64,000 bases of DNA from Alphaproteobacteria bacterium. Its GTDB lineage: Bacteria; Pseudomonadota; Alphaproteobacteria; Rickettsiales; SXRF01. This document shows, one piece after another, positions 35,043-43,780 of the stretch (position 1 is the stretch's first letter; every line of letters starts with the position of its first letter). The notes under the pieces were generated by a model. That model did no database searches, was not told the DNA's origin, and saw nothing but the letters and a program-made list of their open reading frames with translations. Both the position numbers and the translations under genes were made by a program. Where the stretch lies: contig JANRKF010000013.1 of assembly GCA_033763575.1 (NCBI GenBank), positions 17,396 to 81,395 on the forward strand. The letters run 5' to 3'.

Positions 35043-36752
35043 TTGGCTTCGCTTCAAGAAATCCTCACGCCGCTGCAATCGCAGCGTATACTGCCGGAAT
35101 ATGCAAGCCGCGCCGAGGGCAGCTTGCAGGTGCTGTTTCCATACTCGGACAGCGTGATACCCGACGTGCAGTGGGACGACCAATTCTATCAATGGGAAGG
35201 TGATGATTATCTTTGGAGAATTTACAAGGATGGTGCGTATCATAGCCTTGGAAGGAAAGGTTCCGGAGCGTATTATCACCCGCTGGATAATAACTACCAA
35301 GAACCATATTTAGCACAACTTGCCGCCCGCCGCGCAGAATTTGAACCGACCCTGTTTTTTGGCGTCGCGGGCGGGGTGATTACGCTGGATAGTGTGGCCA
35401 ATGGCCGTTTCTCCGGTGCTATTTTGGCGGGCATCGATCCTTATCAGCGCAATCTATGGCGCAGCATTATTGAATGTGTTGCGGAATCGGATGGCGATCG
35501 TCATCGCGTGCCGGAGCTTTTGCTGCGCTACAATCAACCCAATTATCTAAACGATGGCTATTTCACAGGATATGATCCGGAGTTGTTTGCCGCAGAAATG
35601 CGAAAAGACCTCAAACGCCCATCGAGTTGGCTCGGCAGCGACGAGAATTTTCAGCATATTTACCGGCTGGTGCAAGAGGGCAATATCGTTCCGATTATTG
35701 CCGATGCGGTGGATATGAAGCGCTATATGAGCATGCGCAATCTTTTGCAGGCGGGCGAGGCGCCGCCGATCGGCCTGATCTATGGCTCCAACGTTGCTTT
35801 GATAATCGGCGACAAAGTAGATTATATAAGAGCAAGAGAGTATAGAGATAATTCACAGGAAATTTATTTTACCAATCTCGCCATTCTAAGCGGCAATCCT
35901 GAAGTTCCTATGGCCGATGGAAAAGAAAACCCCAAAATATACTTGGGAGGGGACATGGCGCTTGAAGAACTCAACATATTACCGCTTAGCCAGGCCCGCG
36001 ATTTGATGGTGCCTCCACCCGCCGCTGTGACCACGACCACTCCTGTACCAAGCTTACGTGAATGGGGGGATTTGCCTGCGCAGCAAGCGTTTGCCTCAGG
36101 GCATATAGGGCGGCTTCAAGCGATTGCGGATAACACCGAGCAGTCCGCTGCCGAGGCGGCGGCCTATGCGCGGCTTCTCATCGCGGTGCATAACAATGAT
36201 AACGAGGAGGCCGGGCGCATCATGCAGCAGCAAGGCTGGCGGGCGGACAGTGTGACGACGCTTTCCAGCCACCACTGGCCGCTATTGGCCCAGAGCTGCG
36301 ACGGCAATGGCGGCGTCACCGCCGTTTTTAATGATCGACTGTTCCTATGGCTGGCCGATCGTGAACCGGCAGCGGTGGTAGCGCTGGAACTTCCTGAGAG
36401 TGAAGGCGGCGGCAGCCTCCTGCATGCGACGCTTAAAGGCCCGCCCAATCCCTCCATGATCAAGGAATTGCTGGAGCGCGGCGTGGATCCGTACCGGCGC
36501 GACCGTGGTCACCAGACCTATCTGGATAAATTGCAGGCTTACCATCGTGAGCATCCGCATATTCCAAATGCGACCTCGGCCATTGATATCGAGGCCAATG
36601 CACGTCTTCTCAAGCGCGAATCGATCATCGCCATGGTGCAGCAATTCATGGCGGAGCATCCTGAAACGGAATACACAGCGCGGCACGAACAAAACTGGGT
36701 ATCGCGCACCGACCCGATGAGCGGGCCTGAGCGCCTGCCGCCGCTGCCTTAA
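35043..36752 (+). CDS. large hypothetical protein (569 aa), possible single ankyrin-like repeat near C-terminus
   Basis: Long ORF with a non-ATG (TTG) track start, so the true start is uncertain. LHATLKGPPNPSMIKELLERGVDPYRRD is ankyrin-like. There are no other motifs. Confidence 0.55.
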   Translation: MASLQEILTPLQSQRILPEYASRAEGSLQVLFPYSDSVIPDVQWDDQFYQWEGDDYLWRIYKDGAYHSLGRKGSGAYYHPLDNNYQEPYLAQLAARRAEFEPTLFFGVAGGVITLDSVANGRFSGAILAGIDPYQRNLWRSIIECVAESDGDRHRVPELLLRYNQPNYLNDGYFTGYDPELFAAEMRKDLKRPSSWLGSDENFQHIYRLVQEGNIVPIIADAVDMKRYMSMRNLLQAGEAPPIGLIYGSNVALIIGDKVDYIRAREYRDNSQEIYFTNLAILSGNPEVPMADGKENPKIYLGGDMALEELNILPLSQARDLMVPPPAAVTTTTPVPSLREWGDLPAQQAFASGHIGRLQAIADNTEQSAAEAAAYARLLIAVHNNDNEEAGRIMQQQGWRADSVTTLSSHHWPLLAQSCDGNGGVTAVFNDRLFLWLADREPAAVVALELPESEGGGSLLHATLKGPPNPSMIKELLERGVDPYRRDRGHQTYLDKLQAYHREHPHIPNATSAIDIEANARLLKRESIIAMVQQFMAEHPETEYTARHEQNWVSRTDPMSGPERLPPLP

Positions 36753-36780
36753 AGCAACCCCTTCACGCCCCGGCTGGCTC

Positions 36781-36866
36781 ATGTCACCCCCGACTTGATC
36801 GGGGGTCTAGGGCAGCTTGCTCAGGCGGTGGATAGGCTCTGGATCCCCGCTCGGAGGCGGGGACGA
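36781..36866. repeat. pair of REP-type hairpins between convergent genes
   Basis: ACCCCCGA-CTTGA-TCGGGGGT and CCCCGC-TCGGAG-GCGGGG. They are flanked by an imperfect 32-bp duplication of the malonyl-CoA decarboxylase 3' end (36749-36780 versus 36867-36898, 24/32 identical). Confidence 0.6.
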
Positions 36867-38237
36867 CTACAACAATCCCTTCACAGCCCGGCTGGCGGCG
36901 ATTTTCCCGCTCTCTGCGAAGGCTTCGTGGTTTTCGTCGATCTCGTCGAGCTTGTAATAATAATTGGCCATGATGCCCGCCGATTGCTTCATGCCCTTGG
37001 CCGAGCTATCGCCCAGCCAGTTCAGCCGCTCCAGGCGGGCGCCGTTGAACAGGTGGAAATTCGCCACCGGGTCGAGCGGGCGCTTATGTTTCTTTTCCTT
37101 CAGCAGGTAATGGGCGCAGAGTTTCAGCAGCAGCGGCTTCATTTTCTCGGCTTTTTTGGCGTCTTTGGCCCAGTCGCCGTCCAGCTCCTTGAGTTTGGCG
37201 ATGTCGTCTTTGCCCAGCAAATCTCCCGGCCCGGCGACGATCAGCGGGTCGAGCCATGCGCGCAGTCCCGGCACCGGGGAGAGGGTGGCGTAGGTTTTGA
37301 TATTTTTCATTTCGGCGGAGAGTTTTTCGACCACGCGCTTAATCAGGAAATTACCGAAGCTGATACCGGCAAGGCCTTTCTGCGCGTTGGAGATCGAGTA
37401 GAAAATGGCGGTGTCGGCTTCTTTCGTATCGAAGACCGGCGATTTCTCGTCGAGCAGCTTCTGCACATTGTCGCTCATGCCGGAGACCAGCGCCACATGC
37501 ACGAAGATCAGCGGCTCGGCGGGCATTTTATGGTGGAAAAAGGCGAAGACGCGGCGGTCGGCGTCGAGGCGGTTTTTCAAATCCTCCCACGAGGCGACGC
37601 GATGCACTGCCTCATATTCAATCAGCTTCTCAAGAATGACGGCGGGCGAGTTCCACGAAATCTCCACGAGGTCGAGCAGCGCCACGTCGAACCAGCTTGC
37701 AAGAATCTGTTTCAGGTCGAATTCGAGGGCTTTGAGCTTGGCGTCATTTCCAAGCAGCGGCAGCAGGTCGGCGCGCATATTCACCAGGAACTTGAAGCCG
37801 TCGGGCAGGGCGGTGAACTGCCGCAGGATGGTGCTGCGCGGGGTGGCGAGCGCCTCGCGCATGGCCACTTCCAGCGCCAGTTTTTCGTCGGGTTTGGCGA
37901 TGGTGTATTTGTGCGAAAGCTTCAGCAGCGATTCATGGTTCATGTCAAAATCACCGGCCAGCATGGTAAGAAATTTCTTGCGGCCGGATTCATTAAGGCT
38001 CAGGTAAATCCGCCCAAGGGCTGCGGTGTTGGCCCGCGCCGTCACTTCGCCGCCGGGCGAGTCGAGGCAGAGCATCATCCGCGCCCGCAATTCGCCTTCA
38101 TCTTCTTTGGGCACGCCGGGCCGTATATCGCTGGAAAAGACATGGAACGCGGTTTCGCGCACCTCTTCCCAGGTGCGAAGGAGGCTGTCTACGGTGCGTT
38201 TGCGGAGTTGGCCGAGGCCGCTGGAGGAATCGCTCAT
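36867..38237 (-). CDS. malonyl-CoA decarboxylase
   Basis: Family-typical segments (FYSISNAQKGLAGISFGNFLIKRV, NGARLERLNWLGD). The start at 38237 (MSDSSSGL) is preferred over 38300. Confidence 0.8.
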   Translation of the reverse strand: MSDSSSGLGQLRKRTVDSLLRTWEEVRETAFHVFSSDIRPGVPKEDEGELRARMMLCLDSPGGEVTARANTAALGRIYLSLNESGRKKFLTMLAGDFDMNHESLLKLSHKYTIAKPDEKLALEVAMREALATPRSTILRQFTALPDGFKFLVNMRADLLPLLGNDAKLKALEFDLKQILASWFDVALLDLVEISWNSPAVILEKLIEYEAVHRVASWEDLKNRLDADRRVFAFFHHKMPAEPLIFVHVALVSGMSDNVQKLLDEKSPVFDTKEADTAIFYSISNAQKGLAGISFGNFLIKRVVEKLSAEMKNIKTYATLSPVPGLRAWLDPLIVAGPGDLLGKDDIAKLKELDGDWAKDAKKAEKMKPLLLKLCAHYLLKEKKHKRPLDPVANFHLFNGARLERLNWLGDSSAKGMKQSAGIMANYYYKLDEIDENHEAFAESGKIAASRAVKGLL

Positions 38238-38319
38238 GCGTTTGTTATACATCAAAAATGCTGCGCGGTCATGCAGATTTTTTGCAGTGCGGCAATGCAA
38301 CCTGCAAAAAAATATTCAG

Positions 38320-38350
38320 AAAAATGCATGTTACCCCCTTCCGTGACACA
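38320..38350 (+). promoter_or_regulatory. 31-bp element AAAAATGCATGTTACCCCCTTCCGTGACACA, copy 1 (upstream of first GTA gene)
   Basis: Near-identical copy at 41030-41060. It ends 38 nt upstream of the first head-module ORF. Confidence 0.5.
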
Positions 38351-38388
38351 CGCGAACAGCAATATCCTTGAATATTGGGAGGAAAAAC

Positions 38389-38805
38389 ATGAGCAACGAC
38401 AAACAAAACAACCAACAAAATTTCGACAATATTGATTTTATCCGGTTCCTGAATCGCATCATCCTGGAGGAGGCGTTCAAGATGATCACCGAGGGGCTGC
38501 CTTGCGATAACAAGATCACGCCCGGAAACCAGCAAGACGCCCAAAAAGCAAATGATCCAAAATGGTCGGTGGAGGAGCGTGAGCGCAACGCACAGCGCAA
38601 CATCCTTATTCATCGCCATATGCGTATGTGGGGCAAAGATAAACCCGCCACCGACACGCTGGGCGACATCGCCGATACCGAGCTTAAGATCGAGAAATAC
38701 CGTCCGTCGCAGCCGGAGCGCCAGCCGAATAAGCCGCCGCCGCTCGACGAGCGCGAGCGGGAACTTTTTCGCGAGCTGCTGCGCCGGGAGGATTACGATG
38801 CGTGA
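38389..38805 (+). CDS. hypothetical protein in the small-terminase (g1) position
   Basis: GGGAGG RBS 8 nt upstream of the ATG. An 8-nt overlap links it to the terminase gene. No motif recognised, so the call rests on position only. Confidence 0.5.
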   Translation: MSNDKQNNQQNFDNIDFIRFLNRIILEEAFKMITEGLPCDNKITPGNQQDAQKANDPKWSVEERERNAQRNILIHRHMRMWGKDKPATDTLGDIADTELKIEKYRPSQPERQPNKPPPLDERERELFRELLRREDYDA

Positions 38806-40246
38806 TTTTGATGAGGAGCTCGCCGCCGCGCTCGATGAAAAAACGCGGAAACATTTCAGGCATTTTATCGGAAGAACCCTGCTCACCGCCGATCCCGACG
38901 CGCATTTCCAGAAGAACTGGCATATCGATCTGATTGCCGAGCATCTGGAGGCGGCGCGTCTGGGCAAGCTCACAAGGCTCATCATCAACATGCCGCCGCG
39001 TGCGCTCAAAAGCCAGTGCGTGAGCATTGCGTGGCCGGCGTGGATTCTGGGGCATGATCCGAGTGCGCGCATCATGGCGGCGAGCTATTCGGCGCAACTC
39101 GCCATCCGCCATTCGCTCGATTGCCGTCAGGTGGTGACGAGCGCGTGGTATCAGCGTTTGTTTCCGGATACGCGGATCGCCCGCGACCAGAATGAAAAAC
39201 ATAAATTCATGACGACGCGGCGCGGCTTTCGCTTTGCCACCAGCGTCGGCGGCACGGCCACGGGCGAGGGTGGAAATTTCCTCATCATCGACGATCCGAT
39301 GAACCCGTCCCAGGCGATGAGCGCGGCGGCGCGGGCGCAGGTCAAGCGCTGGTACGACCATACGTTTTCCACGCGCCTCAACGATAAGAAGCGTGGGGTG
39401 ATCGTGCTGGTCATGCAGCGGCTGCATATGGACGACCTCACCGCGCACCTGCTGGAGAAGGGCGGATTCACTCTATTATCGCTGCCGGCGATCGCCACCG
39501 GAACGGATTATTTTCATTTCGGTAGCGTAACGAAAAATCGCGGGGAGAAAGAGGCGCTGCACCCGGCGCGGGAGGATACGGCGCTCATCGAACGGGCGAA
39601 GATCGAGCTGGGCGCGCAGGCGTTCTCGGCGCAATACCAGCAGCAGCCCTTGCCGGAGGAGGGCGGCATGCTGAAGCGCCCGTGGCTTCGCCGTCACAAT
39701 ATTCCCTCCCCCCTTGAGGGGGAGGGCAGGGTGGGGGGTGGTGAGGAAAGGCACCATGAGCGCATCGTGCAGAGCTGGGATACGGCGATCAAGGCCGAGA
39801 ACCATCACGATGCGAGCGTGTGCCTCACCTTTGTGGAAAGCGGCAACGTCGCGCATCTCATCGATGCGCGGGTCGAGCGGCTGGAATATCCGGAGTTGAA
39901 GCGGCGCGTGCGCGAGCTGGCGGAGAAATTCAAACCACATGCGATACTGGTGGAAGACAAGGCCAGCGGCCAGCAGCTTTTGCAGGATTTGAAGCGCGAA
40001 ACCTCGCTGCCGCTGGTGGCGGTGCAAAGCAGTGCGAACAAGGTCACGCGCTTTGCGGCGGTGTCGGCGATGATTGAAGCGGGGCGGCTGTCGCTGCCGC
40101 ATAACGCGCCGTGGCTGGCGGCCTTCGAGCAGGAGATTTTAGAGTTTCCGCACGGAAAACACGACGATCAGGTCGATGCGCTGACCCAATATCTCGATTT
40201 TCTGCGGAAATCTTCGTTCGATAGATTAAGCATGCGCCGCATTTAA
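38798..40246 (+). CDS. phage terminase large subunit
   Basis: WHIDLIAEHLE...RLIINMPPRALKSQ (deviant Walker A), FLIIDDPMNP (Walker B), and a C-terminal nuclease-like half (SWDTA...DASV...VEDKASG...HDDQVDA). Confidence 0.8.
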   Translation: MRDFDEELAAALDEKTRKHFRHFIGRTLLTADPDAHFQKNWHIDLIAEHLEAARLGKLTRLIINMPPRALKSQCVSIAWPAWILGHDPSARIMAASYSAQLAIRHSLDCRQVVTSAWYQRLFPDTRIARDQNEKHKFMTTRRGFRFATSVGGTATGEGGNFLIIDDPMNPSQAMSAAARAQVKRWYDHTFSTRLNDKKRGVIVLVMQRLHMDDLTAHLLEKGGFTLLSLPAIATGTDYFHFGSVTKNRGEKEALHPAREDTALIERAKIELGAQAFSAQYQQQPLPEEGGMLKRPWLRRHNIPSPLEGEGRVGGGEERHHERIVQSWDTAIKAENHHDASVCLTFVESGNVAHLIDARVERLEYPELKRRVRELAEKFKPHAILVEDKASGQQLLQDLKRETSLPLVAVQSSANKVTRFAAVSAMIEAGRLSLPHNAPWLAAFEQEILEFPHGKHDDQVDALTQYLDFLRKSSFDRLSMRRI

Positions 40247-40413
40247 ACGGCTCAATAGATTGATTTATAATGATTCAATGGCTTAAATTCGCGCCATTTC
40301 ATGTTTACCTATTATTAAATTCGCTGTGTTATTTTACTTAATAACGGCACAATAGTTAATAAGAAACGGACCGGCCGCAACGGGGCTAACATAAGAATAA
40401 AAGGTACAGGGTT

Positions 40414-40713
40414 ATGACAACAGATAATATCAACGAATGGGTGGACAAGGCCAAGCAATCCGAGGCCGATGATTCCTCCGCATCTTCGTCGGGCGGTGTG
40501 CGCGTCGTGCGCAACCAGCCGCAACATCAAAGCATCGGCAACATGATTATGGCGGTCGCCGATAAAATCCGCCCGCATATTGCCGCCATGTGCGATGGCG
40601 TGCGCAATAATGAAGGTATGCTCATTCAGCCTGCGCATATCCGTGGTATCGCGCTCGAAATGGCAGAGGGTCTGGTGAAAGACCATCAACGTAACAGTAA
40701 AAAATCAGCATAA
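40414..40713 (+). CDS. hypothetical protein
   Basis: 99-aa ORF in the insert between terminase and portal. No motif recognised. Confidence 0.4.
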   Translation: MTTDNINEWVDKAKQSEADDSSASSSGGVRVVRNQPQHQSIGNMIMAVADKIRPHIAAMCDGVRNNEGMLIQPAHIRGIALEMAEGLVKDHQRNSKKSA

Positions 40714-40725
40714 TAGGGAACGGCC

Positions 40726-40887
40726 ATGAAAATCACTCCTGAAGACATCCAGCAAAGATTTTCGGCAACTATGGAAAACCGTGGCGTCGATCCCAATAAA
40801 TGCAACAACACTGCACACCATCTCGATGTGATTGGCAGAGACCTGAAAGGTTTTGATCTCGATAAAACGCAAGGCATGGCGCTCTAA
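40726..40887 (+). CDS. small hypothetical protein (53 aa)
   Basis: Hand-translated as MKITPEDIQQRFSATMENRGVDPNKCNNTAHHLDVIGRDLKGFDLDKTQGMAL*. It is followed by a strong terminator and is below the ORF-track length cutoff. Confidence 0.3.
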   Translation: MKITPEDIQQRFSATMENRGVDPNKCNNTAHHLDVIGRDLKGFDLDKTQGMAL

Positions 40888-40915
40888 AAAATACAAAAGT
40901 TTATTCCCAGAGGCG

Positions 40916-40947
40916 AAAAACCGGCATTCATAGGCCGGTTTTTTGTT
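40916..40947 (+). terminator. rho-independent terminator inside the head module
   Basis: AAAAACCGGC-ATTCATAG-GCCGGTTTTT stem-loop followed by a T-run. Confidence 0.7.
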
Positions 40948-41029
40948 TGCGGGTGATGCGAACGCAGCGGATTTCACGAAAAAACGCATAAATAAATATT
41001 GCAATACAATCGCTTGTCATTTTTTTCAA

Positions 41030-41060
41030 AAAAAATGCATTTCCCCCCTTCCGTGACACA
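41030..41060 (+). promoter_or_regulatory. 31-bp element AAAAAATGCATTTCCCCCCTTCCGTGACACA, copy 2 (upstream of portal)
   Basis: Matches 38320-38350 apart from about three positions. It lies downstream of the terminator and 128 nt upstream of the portal start. Confidence 0.5.
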
Positions 41061-41188
41061 TTCTTCTCGGCAAATCTATAAATGTAAGCTCGAAGAAGTG
41101 TGACGAATCACTGCCGCTTCCGACGCATCCGTTTTTTTATTTTTCCATTTCATTTTTCAATTTCCAATTTCAACCTCAGGGGGGACGC

Positions 41189-42391
41189 ATGAAACTTTTC
41201 CGCAAATCCACGACAAAAGCCGCTGCCAAAAAATCGCACCCATCTTATCTCGCGGGTAGTCTCATGCGTTCCTACATGGTGATGCCCGGCCAGCCGGTAT
41301 GGACGCCACGCGACTATTTTCAGTTTTCGCAGGAGGCCTATGCGAAGAACGTGGTGGCCTATCGTGCGATCGGCATGGTGGCGTCGGCGGCGGCGACGAT
41401 TCCCTACATCCTCTACCAGAAAAACCGCAACGGCAAGCGCGAGATCATGACGCATCCAGTGTTATCGCTGCTTTCGCGCCCGAACCCGACGCAGTCGTTC
41501 AATGATTTTCTGCAGGCGCTTTATCACTATAAAATGATTTCGGGAAATGCCTTCATACAGGCGGTGATGCCTTCCGGCGAGGCCCCGCGTGAGCTGTATC
41601 TCCTGCGGCCCGACCGCATGCAGATCATCGCCGGGAAAAATGCCATGCCTGCGGCGTATCGTTACACCGTGGATGAAAAAACCGCCGATTTTCCGGTGGA
41701 CCGCCTCACGGGCCGTTCGCGCATACTGCATCTCAAAACGTTCCATCCGACCAACGACTGGTATGGCCTCTCGCCCATCGAGGCGGCGGCCTACAGCATC
41801 GACCAGCATAACCAGGCGAGCACGTGGAACCAGTCGCTCATGCAGAATGGGGCGCGTCCTTCGGGGGCGCTGGTGGTGCGCGGGGAAAATGGCGGCGGCG
41901 TGCTTTCCGAGGAGCAATATAATCGCATGAAAATTCAGATCGACGAGCAGTTTTCCGGCAGCATCAATGCCGGGCGGCCGCTGTTGCTCGAAGGCGGGCT
42001 GGAGTGGAAAGAGATGAGCCTTTCGCCGAAAGACATGGATTTCATCGCCAGCAAAAATGCCAGTGCGCGGGATATTGCGCTGGCGTTCGGCGTGCCGCCG
42101 CAGCTGCTCGGCATTCCCGGCGACAGCACCTATAATAATTTGCAGGAGGCGCGGGTGTCGCTCTGGGAGCAGACGATATTGCCGCTTGCGGCCAGCACCG
42201 CCGAGTCGCTCAACCACTGGCTGCTGCCGCTGTTCGGCGAGGGGCTGGAGCTGGTGCCGAATACCGATGACATTTTGCCGCTCGCCATCCGCAACCAGGC
42301 GATCTGGGACCGCGTCGAAAAAGCATCCTTCCTCACCGACGATGAAAAACGCGCCGCCGTCGGCTATCCGCCCGCCAATCCTCGGGCGTGA
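41189..42391 (+). CDS. phage portal protein, HK97 family (RcGTA g3 homologue)
   Basis: 400 aa. WTPRDY..F..EAY.KN..V...I......A...P....Q..., NGKREIMTHPVLSLLSRPNP and WNQSLMQNGARPSGAL are typical of HK97-type portals. Confidence 0.9.
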   Translation: MKLFRKSTTKAAAKKSHPSYLAGSLMRSYMVMPGQPVWTPRDYFQFSQEAYAKNVVAYRAIGMVASAAATIPYILYQKNRNGKREIMTHPVLSLLSRPNPTQSFNDFLQALYHYKMISGNAFIQAVMPSGEAPRELYLLRPDRMQIIAGKNAMPAAYRYTVDEKTADFPVDRLTGRSRILHLKTFHPTNDWYGLSPIEAAAYSIDQHNQASTWNQSLMQNGARPSGALVVRGENGGGVLSEEQYNRMKIQIDEQFSGSINAGRPLLLEGGLEWKEMSLSPKDMDFIASKNASARDIALAFGVPPQLLGIPGDSTYNNLQEARVSLWEQTILPLAASTAESLNHWLLPLFGEGLELVPNTDDILPLAIRNQAIWDRVEKASFLTDDEKRAAVGYPPANPRA

Positions 42392-42482
42392 CCCGATGAT
42401 CCATAATCACCCTAGCATAAGTCAATTGCGAGAATGAAAGGAATGAAGTATCGTCGGTGAAGTTTAAACGAGCGTATTTCCT

Positions 42483-43022
42483 ATGGCCCTCAAAAACACT
42501 TCCGATTCTTTCGGCTGGCTAGCGAAGTTGTTTCACTGGCTGATTGCGGCGTGCATCATTACGCTGTGGATCGTTGGCAGCCTGATGGGCGATATGGAAA
42601 ATTCACCCACTAAATTCCAGATTTATTTCCTGCATAAATCCACCGGCATCATGGTGCTGGCGCTGGCGGTTCTGGCATTTACGTGGCGTGCGGCCAATAA
42701 AAAACCGGGTTTGCCTCCGCATGTCGGCAAAGCGCAAAAAGCGGCGGCGAGCGCGGTGAAATATGGGCTGTATCTCTGCATGATCTTGATGCCGATGAGC
42801 GGCTGGGTGATGAGCTCGGCGGCGGGATACCCCGTATCGGTATATGGGTTGTTCACGCTGCCCGATCTGGTGGCGCCCGACAAAGCGCTGGCGGAGAGCA
42901 TGAAAGAGCGTCACGAAGCGACCGGCAACATCCTCCTCGTGCTGTTCTGCCTGCATGCGGGTGCGGCCCTGCTGCACCATTTCTACCATAAGGACGGCGT
43001 CCTGAGAAGGATGTTGCCTTAA
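42483..43022 (+). CDS. cytochrome b561 family protein
   Basis: Four TM helices with conserved His ligands (KLFHWLIA, YFLHKSTG, HEATGNIL, LHHFY), the CybB-like layout. Confidence 0.8.
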   Translation: MALKNTSDSFGWLAKLFHWLIAACIITLWIVGSLMGDMENSPTKFQIYFLHKSTGIMVLALAVLAFTWRAANKKPGLPPHVGKAQKAAASAVKYGLYLCMILMPMSGWVMSSAAGYPVSVYGLFTLPDLVAPDKALAESMKERHEATGNILLVLFCLHAGAALLHHFYHKDGVLRRMLP

Positions 43023-43142
43023 TCCCCGCATTTATTGCGGGGTCCGGTCATCACCGATGTTTCGGTGAGTGGACCTTACAAAAATTCCCTACCCCCTGTT
43101 CGGAATAACCAACTACCAGACCCCGCAACAAGTGCGGGGATA
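43021..43142. repeat. REP cluster: AATCCCCGCATTTATTGCGGGGTC, a central hairpin, and the inverted copy GACCCCGCAACAAGTGCGGGGAT
   Basis: Hairpins at 43021-43044 and 43119-43142 in opposite orientation, with TCACCGA-TGTT-TCGGTGA in between. Confidence 0.75.
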
Positions 43143-43159
43143 ATCACGAGGAACTACCA

Positions 43160-43735
43160 ATGACCTACAAAAAGATTAGCGCTTCCATGCGGGAGCGCAA
43201 ACGAATGGCGTTTGCCTTACAGGTAAAATCCATGGGCGCCGACGGCCGTTTCGCGGGCTATGCCAGCGTGTTCGACATCGTTGATAACCAGAAGGATATC
43301 ATCATGAAGGGCGCGTTCGCAGGAGCGCTTAAAAACGGCCCCGGCGCGATCAAGCTGCTATGGCAACATCAGCAGGACGAGCCGATTGGCATCTTCGACC
43401 ATATTTTCGAGGACGCGTTCGGGCTGTATGTCGAGGGGCGGTTGCTGCTCGATGTGCAACAGGCGAGGGAGGCGCACGCGCTGCTCAAGGCGGGTGCGGT
43501 TTCGGGCCTCTCCATTGGCTATTCGCCGGTGCGCTACCGTATCGACGGGGATACCGGGGTACGGTATCTGGCGGCGGTCGATCTCTTTGAGATCAGCCTC
43601 GTCACCTTTCCCGCCAACGACGCCGCGAAAGTGACGGTGGTGAAGGGCACTCCCTCCCCCCTCAATGGGGGAGGAACAGAGATGATCGCCCTGCAAGACG
43701 CTCTCGACAAGGCCATCTTGACGTTGCGTTTTTAA
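43160..43735 (+). CDS. HK97-family prohead protease (RcGTA g4 homologue)
   Basis: FAGYASVFDIVDNQKDIIMKGAF...LLWQHQQDEPIG...GLSIGY...EISLVTFPAN. GAGGAA RBS. Confidence 0.9.
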   Translation: MTYKKISASMRERKRMAFALQVKSMGADGRFAGYASVFDIVDNQKDIIMKGAFAGALKNGPGAIKLLWQHQQDEPIGIFDHIFEDAFGLYVEGRLLLDVQQAREAHALLKAGAVSGLSIGYSPVRYRIDGDTGVRYLAAVDLFEISLVTFPANDAAKVTVVKGTPSPLNGGGTEMIALQDALDKAILTLRF

Positions 43736-43780
43736 TAGGTTATAATAGGTCTTATTGAATTATAATAGGATCTATTAACT

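Noticed and set aside
38334-38341. CCCTTCCG inside the 31-bp GTA element as the missing 3' acceptor strand of tRNA fragment B (GGAAGGG).
   Set aside because: Only 8 nt match, with no T-arm sequence upstream. An 8-mer is expected about twice by chance in 64 kb on two strands.
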